NCBI GenBank assembly: GCA_024679065.1
Contig: JAGIQG010000012.1
Location: 48,856,001-48,920,000 of the forward strand
Reading direction: 5' to 3'
DNA from: Sphyrna mokarran
Taxonomy: Eukaryota
DNA: 64,000 nt
Positions 52,128 to 64,000 of the stretch are shown here, piece after piece; the stretch's first letter is position 1; the number at the start of each line of letters is the position of its first letter. The notes beneath the pieces are model-generated. The model was not told where the DNA came from. It made no database searches and saw nothing but the letters and a program-made list of their open reading frames with translations. The translations under genes and the position numbers were made by a program.

Positions 52128-52600
52128 GCCTCCTACCGCCTCCCCACCTCACTGTGCCCTACTATCTCCCTACCTCACTGTCTCCTACTGTCTCCCTACC
52201 TCACTGTCTCCTACCGTCTCCCCATCTCACTGTCCCCTAATGTCTCCCGATTTCACCCACCTCATGCCTACATCTCCCACCTCAGCTCCTACTCTCCCAC
52301 CTCATGTCTCCTACCTCTCCCCACTCATGTCTCCTACCATCTCCCCACCTCAATGTCTCCTACCATCTCCTCCACCTCAATGTCTCCTACCATCTCCTCC
52401 ACCTCAATGTCTCCTACCATCTCCTCCACCTCAATGTCTCCTACCATCTCCTCCACCTCAATGTCTCCTACCATCTCCTCCACCTCAATGTCTCCTACCA
52501 TCTCCTCCACCTCAATGTCTCCTACCATCTCCTCCACCTCAATGTCTCCTACCATCTCCTCCACCTCAATGTCTCCTACCATCTCCTCTATCTCAATGTC
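52128..52600. repeat. Minisatellite: 27-bp unit atgtctcctaccatctcctccacctca
   Basis: 8 perfect units plus 1 variant from 52353, preceded by degenerate 21-26-bp units. Confidence 0.95.
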
Positions 52601-52844
52601 CCCTATTGTCTGTCCCACCCTTTCCCATAGTTTGCATCCCCACCTGTCTTCCCTAATGTCACCTCGTGCCCCTCTCTCCATCAGGTATTGTTTTGGATGG
52701 AGTGAACTCCCCATGGTGGGGCAGCTGATCAGATAGATGGAGAGAGATTTCTGGCTTGATGGTAATATAAATTCCACTAATGAGATGGGAAAAGGCTTTT
52801 TGATGGTTATTGGCTTCACTGGCATGCATCATTTTCCTGGCATG

Positions 52845-54390
52845 ATGGTGGAATTTTGTCATGGGAGGAAAGTGTCATTTCAGGTAGAAAAATTAGTGCA
52901 CTTCATGCTAAAATGGACAGAGTGATCCAGATTGTGATCTTCCGCCAATTGGTGAAATTATGGCTCCCCCATGTGAAACATGCCATATTTGACTCACCAG
53001 GCTCTGACCTGCATGCCCAGGGGTCAGCTGGGTGCTAGTATCAAAGAGAAATTGTACTTAAACAGTCCCTCAGTGCCTACTCCCAGTCAAACCAGAAGTT
53101 TGGCTGTGAGAAAGGACTCTGATGTAACTGCTTGATGCCATGGAGGAGAGGAGGGCATCATTTACTCCTGCTGAAAGGAGGTTGCTGAGTATTGTTGCCA
53201 ATCCTGCTGAGCGGTGGTGACAGCAAGGGTCAGTGCCAGCAATATGAGCAGGATGAATGGGGTCCAATGCAGTTAGAAGATGAATGACTTCCTTCAAGGC
53301 TGAGTGATCACGTGCTTCCCCCTGGCATTATTCTCATTTGTCATCCCTGGTATACCACTGTTGATCTGCTCCCTGCCACCTCGCAGCTACCCAACGCTTA
53401 ACTTCACAGCATCTTTGGCAAACACCCTTGTCACTCCTCATCATAATCCAGCTGTGTCCACAGAAGTGCACACACACGCCAGTTGTTCTCAACTCCTAAC
53501 CTGCCAGGTGTCCGACTCACAATATTCTCTTTCTGTCCCAATGGGGAAAGATAGCTTACAATAAAAGGGAGAGGGAGAGGACGGGTGGGTGATACTCAAG
53601 TTCAAAGTTCTTACTCCCTAAGAAGAAAAGGCAATGGAGCTCACAGGGGAGGCCTGGAATGAGATGTTACCAACATCAAAGTTGCCAGAGAAATCAGGTC
53701 CACTGCATCTTTATCCAGATGACTGTCTCATGTCTATTTTCCAGACCAATATCATTCCCATTGACTGAACCCATGTCCCTCTCTCCTTGCCTTGCAGGAT
53801 CACTATCTGAAAAGGCTGGGCCATCAATAGACAGAGCACCCTGTCCACCATTCCCCCTGCCCCGTCCTTCCCACCATTACCTAAGGGCCAGACACACAAG
53901 GTCATTGTTGAGAGTCTCGACAGCATGGCCCAGATATGGAAGGCCATTGCTGAGGGCTTCAAGAGAATGGCCTAGACACATTAAGGACCTTTATAGCATT
54001 TAGAGAGCTCCATCACTTAAGGCTTCAACACGATGGTGCAGATGACAATGGGCCTCCAATGCCAGATAATGCAGAAGTTCTTGGAACTCATCCCAGTTGC
54101 CCCTTTGTTCATGGAATTGACCAGGTATCCTCAAGTGTCCTGACAGAAGAGAGAACACAGGAGCCCATTTCGGGGCCCTCCTTCTTTGGCAGTCTTGAGC
54201 CCTTCTGAAATCCCTCTTCCTTATAGTGGCAGGTCTCATGGGCAATAGATAAGACAGTGTGAGATGGCAACTTTAGTGCCATCCAAGAGTTAGCTAGGTC
54301 CCTCCAGATCTAAATCCTCCAGAGAATGCCCGCCAAGGGCATCTTAGGTCCAGGGAGTGTAACAGAGCAGGCTGCCTCCATCTCTGATCT
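52845..54390 (+). mobile_element. PIF/Harbinger Myb/SANT remnant
   Basis: ggtggaatttt start; LLDAMEERRASF..TARVSASNMSRMNGVQCS*KMNDFL; second exon KIAYNKRERERTGG..VLTP*EEKAMEL. Confidence 0.65.
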
Positions 54391-55295
54391 TACTAAATAG
54401 CCTTTTGTGTGGCATCTTATCATTTTTTGAAAATTCAAGTATATTATTGATTTACCTTTATCTATCCCGGTCATTGTCACCTCGAAGAATTCTAATAAAT
54501 TTGTTAGATATGATTTCCCCTTTATGATTCCACAGGAGAAAGATTCTTGTATTGTTATTGTACTAAAACTGAAAGAATTGATCTATGCATTTTGTAATTT
54601 GAAAGATGCAGCAAAATAAAAACAGGTACAACAAAAACAATGTAAAGTTAACCAACAGATGTTAATCACCTATATTTTGTAGGCACTAAACTCCACAATG
54701 ATATCACCATAATCAATATAATAACAATTAGTTGCCTTGTACTTCTCCATATTAGTTGCTATTAAAATACAAAGTGTTCTTAATTGTTTATTTATGATCA
54801 TTTTATAATAACATAAAATACATTTTTTTTTGGACATGTTAGCTGCAGAAGTCCTAATGACTTCATTGCTTATCTGCTTCCTCCTTTACAGGAGCACAAG
54901 TTCAATTTACCATAAAATTCCTCTTAGAGACTAATTTTGGTTTGTATTGAGGAGATAGCAATAATGGTTCTAAGGTGATTTGAGCTTGGATTTTTCAGTG
55001 TGCGTTAATATTCCACCCTATTTTCCTGTGATTTCTAATCATTACTTACCACCTACGTGGGATAATCAAGTAATGGTTATCTGATCTCATTATTCATCAT
55101 TTTGGTGCTTGCTTGGCAAATCAGCATAATAAAACATTGTCAAGTAGGCTGCATTTCCGCTCTATGTTCAAATGACTTGTCAAATATAATTAATAATATA
55201 ACGCTTAACTGCCATCTGCTATTCTATATGAATTGCTATTAAAATAGAAAGTGTTCGGAAATTTTCAAGAACAGGGGTTCTCACTTACACTCAAG

Positions 55296-55432
55296 AGGAG
55301 ATGGTGACGAAGGGGTAATGTCACTGTTAATAATTCAAAGGCACAGTTTTCAATTACATTCAATCAATAAATCTGGCATTGAAAGCTAATCTCAGTAATG
55401 GTGACCAAAAAACTATTGTATATTGTCGTAAA
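55296..55432 (+). mobile_element. SacSINE1/Deu-type SINE 5' fragment
   Basis: aataaatctggcattgaaagctaatctcagtaatggtgacc, shared with 41460-41500. Confidence 0.6.
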
Positions 55433-55545
55433 GAATGGGGTAGAGTGTCTTGATGAACTGGGGGTCTAGATGGGATAGAGTGTCTCAGTGAACTGGGTCT
55501 GGGTGGGTATAGTGTCTGGATGAATTATGGATGGGGTGGAGTGTC
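55433..55545. repeat. Degenerate tandem repeat, about 30-bp unit, 3-4 copies
   Basis: Recurring gg(g/a)tagagtgtct..tgaactggg. Confidence 0.7.
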
Positions 55546-55872
55546 ATAGAATCATAGAATCCCTGCAGTGCAGAAAGAGGCCATTCGGTCCATCGAGCTT
55601 GCACCGACACCAATCCCACGCAGGATCTATTCCTGAAACTCCACATATTTACCCTACTAGTCCCCCTCCACCGACACTAAGGAGCTATTTGTCATGAGCA
55701 ATCAATCCAATCCGCACCTCTTTAAAGTGTGGGAACTTTAAAGAGCACCTAGAGACAACCCACGCAGACATATGGAGAATGAGCAAACTCCACAGTCGCC
55801 CAAGGCCAGGATTGAACCCAGATCCCTGCCACCTTGAGGCAGCAATGCTAAACACTGTGCCACAGTGCCACC
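55545..55872 (-). mobile_element. HE1-type SINE (CR1 tail)
   Basis: catagaatcatagaatccctgcagtgcagaaagaggccattcgg tail; head near 55870. Confidence 0.85.
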
Positions 55873-56424
55873 ATGAATTGGGGTAGTGAGCAAGTTGGCA
55901 CATATAAGAATACTGTTTTAATTTCTTTCAGGTTAAAGATTGCCTGGTTGATGTGTTGAAAATCTAAATACCATGCTGTTTTTACTATAAAGAAAAACAC
56001 TTGTAAAATATAGAAAATTGAAATTAATGAAAATGTATAATTTTTAATATAGAATTTTTTTTAAATATAGAATTTTCTATGGAACCATACCTTGGGGTCC
56101 TCCAAGTTAAACATCACTATTTTTCTTTTAGTCTTTTGTGTATTTATCATTATTTTGCATTGATAAAAGTCAAGGAACACTATGTACACTTTCAGCTATA
56201 CTTGCAATGTTATTGTCTTTACATACAAGGGAAAATTCTTGTCTTTATGAGGAAAACACTACAGATATTGTAAATCTGAAATAAAAACAGAAAATGCCAG
56301 AAATACTCAGCAGATTAGATAGGGTCTGTGGTGAGGTAAAGTGTGTTAATGGGCAAAACCCTGTCCACTTAGTCCCTAGCAGACCAGCAGGGCCATTTAT
56401 TGGCTGAGAACTTCCTCCAACACA

Positions 56425-56945
56425 ATGTCAAACAGCGCAATCTAGATCCTAACCACTTGCTGTGTGAAAAGGTTTCTCCTTAGGTTGGCACTGCATCTTC
56501 TGCCAATTATCTGAAATCTGTGCCTTCTTTTCCTCAATCCTTCCACCTTTGAAAACAAATTTTTCCTGTAACATTTCCTGTCAACTTTTTCTCCTCCAAG
56601 GAAGACAGTTCCAATTTCTCAAATCTATTGACATAACTAGTGTTCCTCATTCCTGGGATTATTCTCATGAATATTTTCAGATTTCTTCTTAAAGCCTTCC
56701 TATCTTCCCATGTGTTGTACACAGAACTGAAAGCAGTGCTTCAATTGAAGCCAAACTACTTTTTAATATAGATGTAACTTAAGTTTCTTGCTTTTGTATC
56801 TTCTGCTTCAATTAATTAAGCCTGGGATACTGTATGCTTCATTAATCACATTCTTAGCCTGCTCCTGCATTTACTTATGCATACATATATTAGATGTCTC
56901 TGCTCCTGCAGCCACTTTAGAATTGTTACTTTTATGTTATATTAT
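56425..56945 (-). mobile_element. CR1 ORF2 C-terminal fragment
   Basis: FMRIIPGMRNTSYVNRFEKLELSSLE. Confidence 0.75.
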
Positions 56946-56959
56946 CTAACAACATTTGC

Positions 56960-57495
56960 AGCAGCACTGCTGCCTCAAATTGCTTGAGACCCAGATTCAA
57001 TTCTGACCTTCGGCCACTATCTGTATGGAGCTTGCACATTCCCTCTGCATCTACATGGGTTTCCTCCGGGTGCTCTAGTTTCGTCCCACAGTCCAAATAT
57101 GTGAGCTTAAGTTGATTGGCCATGTTAAGAATTGCCCTTAGTGTCTGGGGATGCATAGGTTAGAGGGATTAGTGGGTAAATATGTAGAGATATCGGGACA
57201 GGGCCTGGGTGGGATAGTGGTCAGCGCAGACTCAATGGGCCGAATGGCCTCTTTCTGTACTGTAGGATTTCTCTGATTTCTATATCTGTGTGGGTTTCAT
57301 CTGGCTGCTTCAGTTTCCCCCAACATTTCGAAGGTGTGGGGGTTAGGTTGATTGGCCATGCTCAATTTCTCCTTAGTGTCAGAGAGATTAGCAGTCTAAA
57401 TAATTGGAGTTATGGGGATAGGCACAGATAGGATTGTTGACAGATACAGGCTCGATGGCCCAAATGTCTTCTTTCCACTCTGTAGGGATTCTGTG
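56960..57495 (+). mobile_element. Two adjacent HE1 SINEs (56960-57282 and a 5'-truncated copy 57283-57495)
   Basis: Two successive cores tgggtttc..gattggccatg, each with a CR1-type tail. Confidence 0.8.
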
Positions 57496-59875
57496 GTTTA
57501 CAGTTAGCAACAGCTGTCTAGTAACTAATATTGATTTTGAGGAACACAAATGAACACATTGGTGCTAAAATAGCAAATTGTGCATATCAATAAATACTTT
57601 TAACTGAAGGAACTTCAGCAAGAAAATATTTGAGTTGATAATTGGCTAAATTTATCAACATCCAAAGTGATAGCAAATCAAACTTAATGATTTTCCAGGT
57701 AGATTCAGAGAAGTCAAAGGAAATAAACTTTAAAAATTTGTTGCCACAACATCAGAATATCAGGTATATTTAACCAAAGGCATAAATAAAAAATCTCAGG
57801 ATTTGATAGTGGTTTTTAAATCAATGAACCGTGAGAGACAAAAGGAGAAATATCTTCTCATTAAGCAAGTGGGATATTGGAAAGTACATCATTCCAACTA
57901 GATTTAATGTATTGTACCAAAACTTGTAGTATAGATATACTACCACTTTCTCATCAATGTTCCAGACGTTTGGACATATATTGATGCAAATGTTGATGGT
58001 ATAACTTGAAAGTCAAGTTTTGTAATTAGAAGCCCAGGGGTGTTATGTCACATTTTGGAGATTGTCCATCTTGAACAAGAGGCAATAGAATTCAAACCTG
58101 GGGGACATGAGTATAAATTGCGAAAACTTGAAGATAGTTGTGACACAGTTATCTGGGTTCAAAGTTGCAAAGAAGGCACGTTGACAATGACTGTAATGAG
58201 CAGTGCTGCTAGTCCATTATGTTGTCAGATTCATCCTCATTCCCTTTGTGTTCAGTCACTATAAACTCCTCCATGTAGTCTTCCAAACTGAACAATATAC
58301 CAGACATTCCTTTCTGATTTTCCTGAGTTTGCCTTTGAACTCCAGCAACTGAGATGTGACAAAGTCCAGAGACTCATTATGTAACTAGGGCTCAGCAGGT
58401 TCCTGGCCCCCAGCAATCTTCCAAATGTCAACAGCATGGGACGTTCCCTACGTCTGCTTGCTATAGTTCTGAAAGTATGATGTGCTTACCAGATCTAGAA
58501 CTAGGATCTGTCCCACCAAGATGTGTGTCACTGTGCTGGTGCAAGGTATGAGTCAGCACTATAACGGCTCTTCTGGATCTGTGACTCCTTTTCTAACAGT
58601 ACTTTGGGTATACCTAGCACACATCAACTGCAGAGTTCAAGAAGGTGGCTCAACACCACCTTCTCAAAGATAACTAGATTTGGGCAATAAATAATGGCCT
58701 ATTCAGCAAACTTACAACCTGTAAAATAACTTTAAAAGTGTTTGCTGTTTTATTGACAGAGGAACTAACTTTGCAAAGATATAATGGCCAGCTTGAAAGG
58801 CCTCCCTGCTTGTGAAGGCAACATCTTTTAAGAACGGAGATATTTTGAACACAGCATTATCAACAAAAGGATCTTGAGGACGATATGAATGGCAGTTTCA
58901 GAAATCATTAGAGAGACTATTGGTGAAGGCCATGTTTGTTGGATTGCAAAGCCATAAAAACAATTCTCGCCCTCAGAATTGTGGCAATATCATTTGACTT
59001 TGAGGATATCTGTCTTTGATAACAAGGATTACATTCTATTCAACCTCATAGATGCTGCACATTAAACTTTCACATATGTTTGACACAGAATTTTCTACAG
59101 AATGAGCTGATCTCCATTGGCAGAGCTGGAGTATTGGCCTAATACTTCCAGTGAGGGAGTGGGATATTGTCATTCTTTTAAATATGCAATTAGCTCTAAA
59201 TAATAATGTATTCATCGTGTTCTTCATTGGTTATTTCACAGTTTTACTTTTTGTACTATTTTCTATTGAAAAATGGGTCAAATGATGCCTCAATTAATTA
59301 GGATCAGTAACTGCACTGACAATTGTGAGTAAATTAGAAAATTAGTACATTTAATATTGTTTCAATACTCTGTTGGAAATTAAAATTAAGAGGAATATAT
59401 AGCAGGCAGTGGAATGGATAGTACCCATTTTACATTATCACTGAAACTGAATTAGGAAAAATAAATGCTTTTTTTATATAAATATTTTTATTTCCAAGAA
59501 AATAAACCAGTTTTGTATGTGTAGCAAAAAGCAGTGAAAGCCATTTTAAAACATTGAGCTGTTGATATCTTGTATCCAGCAGAGGATCAGTGTTGACAGC
59601 TGCTAACGCATGAGTTAGATTTTAGGTGAGATGGGAGTCCCACCCACCAACTGTAACATCTATTTCCGTCAGAGAAGGAGACCACGACTGGACTTTAAAT
59701 TCTTTCTCTCAAAGTTACAAAGCCAATGTGCAGAATGGACAGGGCAAGCCTTTCATCCATCTCCTTGCTTGCTCCAAAAATCAATTCAAATCCAAAATAC
59801 TTCATAGTTTCCTGCAAAAAGGCTCATACTAGATCCAAGCTGACATGAATAGTCATTGCACATGATCACAAGCAT

Positions 59876-59911
59876 GATCCTACACTTGATCTTAGTCAAA
59901 TGGCAAGAAGC
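59876..59911 (-). pseudogene. U2 snRNA 5' fragment (about nt 4-40)
   Basis: Minus strand gcttcttgccatttgactaagatcaagtgtaggatc versus U2 GCTTCTCGGCCTTTTGGCTAAGATCAAGTGTAGTATC; 16-nt exact core CTAAGATCAAGTGTAG. Confidence 0.8.
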
Positions 59912-60877
59912 CTTCTTGATCATTGTCTCAGGTAATTAGCTGTTGAGACTTTACACCCCCAGATTGGGGAGTTTCTTGCCTTCAAGCAATGCCAATCAGA
60001 GGGCCGACAACAGCATGGTTCACTATTGGGAATGCTATCAATCTCTGATGTGAGATCATCCAGGAGGCCATCATGGAAGATAACACACAAACATATGAAC
60101 AAGAAGCAGGAGCTCTTCATGTCTGCATTACAGGTAAGGTGCGGTGAAATAAAGTGACTGCACTGGAGCCCGTTACTCAGACATTAACTAGGGTAGGGGA
60201 GAGATAATTAAAAAGCTGGGTGTGAGGGGGCTTCAATAAGTAGTGGCTCCTTCCACTGGGAGGACCAAACAGAAGGAATCCCAAACCCACTTTTTTGAGT
60301 CACAACCCAGATCACCAGGACTAATCTGACGGCCTTGCCAAGTGGTTTGGGCACTCCTGTAAAGTAGCAGTGGCAGCAGGCAGAAGCCTTTAATTGGACC
60401 TTAACTATCCCAAAGGCATGCAAGTCAATTAACACCTACCCTGCCGCTGGTAAAATGCTAGCGAAGATGATAGGCGTCAGGCAAAGTGCTCCCTCACCAT
60501 CCTACACAATTCTACACCTCCTCAGCCTGCCAACTGGCTCCTGGGGCCTTGTAAAATTCAGCCATGACTTCATTTTGCATGTGGTTGCTCCAAAGTAAAG
60601 TTTCTTGATTTGTTGTTAAAACTATCCACCAGGAAGTCTCATGCAACTTGCCTTCCTAGGATATCATTTTAGCAGATGCAATGAGTTTGTTTTGGGATTA
60701 CCATAATCTCCTCAAGAACTACTATGCAGGAGGCATTGTTAGTTGTCATTTTGTATGAGCCCTGCATTACAATGTTGTTCAGCAGCTATTGTTAGTCTTG
60801 ATATATATTTAAGGTAAATTTGAAGTCTAAAAGCAATCAGACATTATTCTGTTTTGGACACTGCCAGTGGAAGGATT

Positions 60878-61140
60878 TGAGGGCACAGTCTCAGAATAAC
60901 GGGATGAATCTTTAGAACTGAGATGAGGAGGAATTTCTTCAGCCAGACAGTGGTGAATCTATGGAATTCATTACCACAGAAGACTGGTCATTTTGTGTAT
61001 TTAAAACAATAGATAGGTTCTTGAATGGTAAAGAGAATCAAAAGCTACGGGCAAAAGGCAGGAAAATTATCAGCCATGGTTGAATGGTGGAGCAGACTCG
61101 GTGGACTAAATGGTCTAATACTGCTCCTATATCTTATGGT
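60878..61140 (+). mobile_element. CR1 3' fragment
   Basis: Closely similar to 24440-24730. Confidence 0.85.
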
Positions 61141-61615
61141 TATTTGGTTCCTTTTTCACCCTATTTTGTTCCTTTTGAAATCAAAGTTATAGGAAATGCT
61201 TTCACTGTGTTCTACATGTAAATAAAACAACAAGGCCAAATTATTAATGGATATATGATATTTAATAATTCAGATGGAAAATGTTTTTCCCTTAATCATC
61301 TGACTTCACCACTGATGACTCCTCAATGACACTTTGTTTTACACCTTGCTGCAGGTCATTTTTCAAGTACAAAGAGATCTTCTCACTCGTATTGATGGGA
61401 AATTAGTGTAGTCACTATGATCAAATTAGCACCAAACAGCATTGTGAAAAGCTATAAGTCATCAACATTTCCAGACAAACACTGGGTGATAATGATTATT
61501 CTCAATATCCTTACTGAGTGAAATATTAAGACTTACAATTTTATTATGATTTATTAGGCAAGTATAGAAGCTTTGCATTGAAATCTGTTTGTGTAGTTCA
61601 GACTAAAAAGACTTG

Positions 61616-61752
61616 GGGTGCGATCTTACCATCCATTAATGCCATGATTGCACTGCAGCGAGGTCAGAGAGTTTGACGGCCAGCCAAATTTCCATTCACT
61701 GCTGTGAGATGGAAAAACCCTTGCCAATGTGAACGGCCATAGGATTCCAGCC
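61616..61752. mobile_element. Harbinger-type MITE
   Basis: Reverse complement of 13630-13765 (gggtgcgatcttacc..ggattccagcc). Confidence 0.7.
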
Positions 61753-62459
61753 TTACTGTCTGACTGTGAAATTTGCAGCAATGAATTGTGAAATCGGAAC
61801 ATTCATCAGCATCCTTTATCCCTTTTTAAAAAACAGAATTACAATACTTTATGTTTTTATACATGACAATTGTTAATTGCACAATGCAAATATAAATGTT
61901 CGGCTCTTCATTTTTATTCAGGATTTCAAAAGCAGTTAACAATTTATCCATTACTGATCTCCAGGTCAATCATTTATAGAGATTTTTGAGCAATTAAGGT
62001 CATGGAGTAGTTATCATTTTAATTTCAACTGAGCACTCACAATTGAACTGCACTTAATGGAGGTGACAAGCAAAAAACCTTGGGATGAAGAGGCGGACAT
62101 CAAGAGATCATAAGTTTAAATATTCAAATTCACCACATAGTGAAAATCAAGGGCAGTTGACAGTTTATTTCTTCAAGTTCACACAGATGACTAATTTCAC
62201 TAGGTGAATGTGTGTGGTGAGATTTACTCCTATGGCCTGAATTTCTTCCTCTCCCACCAATGAGTTTAGAGTTGGGGGCTGAATCTGAAATGACACCCTT
62301 GGGCTTCCCTTTGGGCTCCCACCCACCCTAACCTCTCAGCAATTTTACGCTGAGGCAGATGAGGTCTTGGGTGATCTAACTGCCCATGTCCCAATCAAAG
62401 ACCTTAAGTAACCAATTAAGTGCCCACTTAAGTGTTCATCCAGTAGTCAGGGTATTTCA

Positions 62460-63115
62460 GTCACAAACAATAAAATTAACTTCAGAAAGTAAATTAAATA
62501 AGAAGGTATAATAAAGGAACTTAATTTCTTCAACACTTGGGGTGACAATCTGGACTATACACATTCCTCACAATTACCATCTGCTTCTTATTTATACTGG
62601 GTCAGCTAACCACCACATCATTTTGTCATCGGTTATATGGTCTACTAGTAAGCTAGTCAGCTGACCCTCACAGCATTGATACCATTGATTATAACAAATT
62701 CCACTTTTTTTTCCAAATTAATTTAAAGTAACCATCCTCCAGTATTCTTAACAATTTTCCAGTAACTGCACCCTTTTACTGAAATGGTCAGATAACTATA
62801 GATTCACAGCAACCCAGTTGAGATTTGAAACCTCTGTTTTCCAGAATTTGTTTGATGCTGGCCAAATCAATTCTCAGTCCCTTTTCTGTTATGTGAAAAT
62901 GGTCTCATAAAAGACCAATTGTCTACAGAACACTCAATTGGTACTTTATTTCTTGATATTGCCATGAAAAATAACTGTTACCATGTCAGACAAGTGTATT
63001 GCCATATCTACCACTTCCACTAAAGCTAGGGTTTCAGCCACTAATGTACTTTTGACTACCCTTTTTCTTTGCTTCCCAGGCCAAGGGACATTTTCCTTTT
63101 TTACCTGCCAATGTC
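62460..63115 (-). mobile_element. Ty1/Copia LTR retrotransposon remnant: RNase H, polypurine tract, 3' LTR
   Basis: With frameshifts: CPLAWEAK..RVVKSTLVAETLALVEVVDMAI..VPIECSVDN..TEKGLRIDLASIKQIL..WV..LSDHFSK; then aaaaaaaagtggaat followed by TGTTATA. Confidence 0.8.
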
Positions 63116-63269
63116 TTTAAGAAAGAAAGATTGGGGCCAACATTTCCTGAGTCTTCACCTTCCCTGGATTCACTTCCTTTCTCTTCAGTTGTTGCAAATC
63201 TCCAATTTCCCCCAGAATAAGAAAAGAAATTGAAAGGAGGAAAAGTGTTTTACTCACAGATGTGGGCCT

Positions 63270-64000
63270 CTTTTAAGATCAAGGTTTAAGGCCAAATAAA
63301 CAAACTCAAGTTAAAATCAGGACAAAGTAAAAGGTGCAGCTCCCCAAAAAAGGGGAGCAAAATCAAAGTGCAGCAAAATCAAAGTGCAAAGGAAACTTGA
63401 AAACATCAAATTAAAATTTGATTATTAAGGTCAATAATGCACCCCAGATCCTGTGGTGCCCAAAGGCACGGGAAGCATCAACTGCACTAGTTGACACTAC
63501 ATGCTCCCTCTCCAGGAACACCTAACTGCAAACGTAACTGCAGAAGAGGGGCAGATAGTCAGGATAGATGGTTCCCTCGATCACCCGCTGCCTGGACCTG
63601 TAAATGGCATGTTTCACCAAGCCCAGGAGCAGACGCCACCCCAGAACTCCCCTTTCCTCTCTGCACCAGATAACTGTAAATCAGGAGTATGGGACTGAAG
63701 TGCAAATAAAAGGTTCTTCATGAAAACAAAAAAGGAGTGCAACCCAAGATGTGAAACAGACATTGTCCATAAACTCCACAAGGCTACAGAAGGGGCAAGC
63801 TTCAGAACCATGAACCAGTGAATCCTACAGCTGTGCAGAACAGCTGCATGCATTACCCTCCACTCCAGGTCCCCGATATAATTATGGAGATCCCTCTGTA
63901 AAGGGACATCCACTGGAGACTTCCACCACCTGGCAGCAACAAGGCCTGCTGAGGTGTATCCAGGCAACAAGTGAGGATGCGATAGTGGAAGGTGTGCAGC
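63270..64000 (-). mobile_element. Tx1/L1-group LINE 3' end (continues beyond the window)
   Basis: WWKSP..HNYIGDLEWRVMHAAVL (zf-RVT-like), degenerate CCHC region, ALWAPQDLGCIIDLNNQILI* C-terminus. Confidence 0.75.

Noticed and set aside
52240-52825. Repetitive ORFs in four frames (SPPPQCLLP, MSPTISSTS, EEMVGDIEV)
   Set aside because: By-product of a stop-free 27-bp minisatellite; not a gene, and not CRISPR because there are no unique spacers.
8118-57495. tRNA-like A/B boxes at several SINE heads
   Set aside because: Degenerate SINE heads without a full cloverleaf; not tRNA genes.
58040-58264. 74-aa ORF in apparently unique sequence
   Set aside because: GTG start, no recognisable domain and no good splice donor.

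Overview
Eukaryotic, AT-rich, repeat-dense genomic DNA. The repeat families (CR1/HER1-type LINEs, HE1-type tRNA SINEs, SacSINE1/Deu-type SINEs) point to a cartilaginous fish, most likely a shark. It reads as a large intron or gene desert: I find no intact protein-coding gene, and most listed ORFs are transposon debris or chance ORFs. Recognisable by eye are many CR1 fragments, a Rex1/Babar-type LINE, L2 pieces, a Tx1-type 3' end, Penelope (GIY-YIG) fragments, Gypsy pol and Ty1/Copia RNase H remnants, a probable solo LTR, several PIF/Harbinger remnants with a spliced Myb/SANT ORF, Harbinger-type MITEs and a 27-bp minisatellite. I cannot demonstrate a new biological system. The best leads are a U2-snRNA-headed short retroelement (59693-59911), a Copia remnant, a 219-bp templated local insertion, a fold-back duplication, a shared MITE target motif, a four-level TE nest and a few weak candidate host exons and enhancers. 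Boundaries are approximate and family names come from recalled motifs, not database searches.
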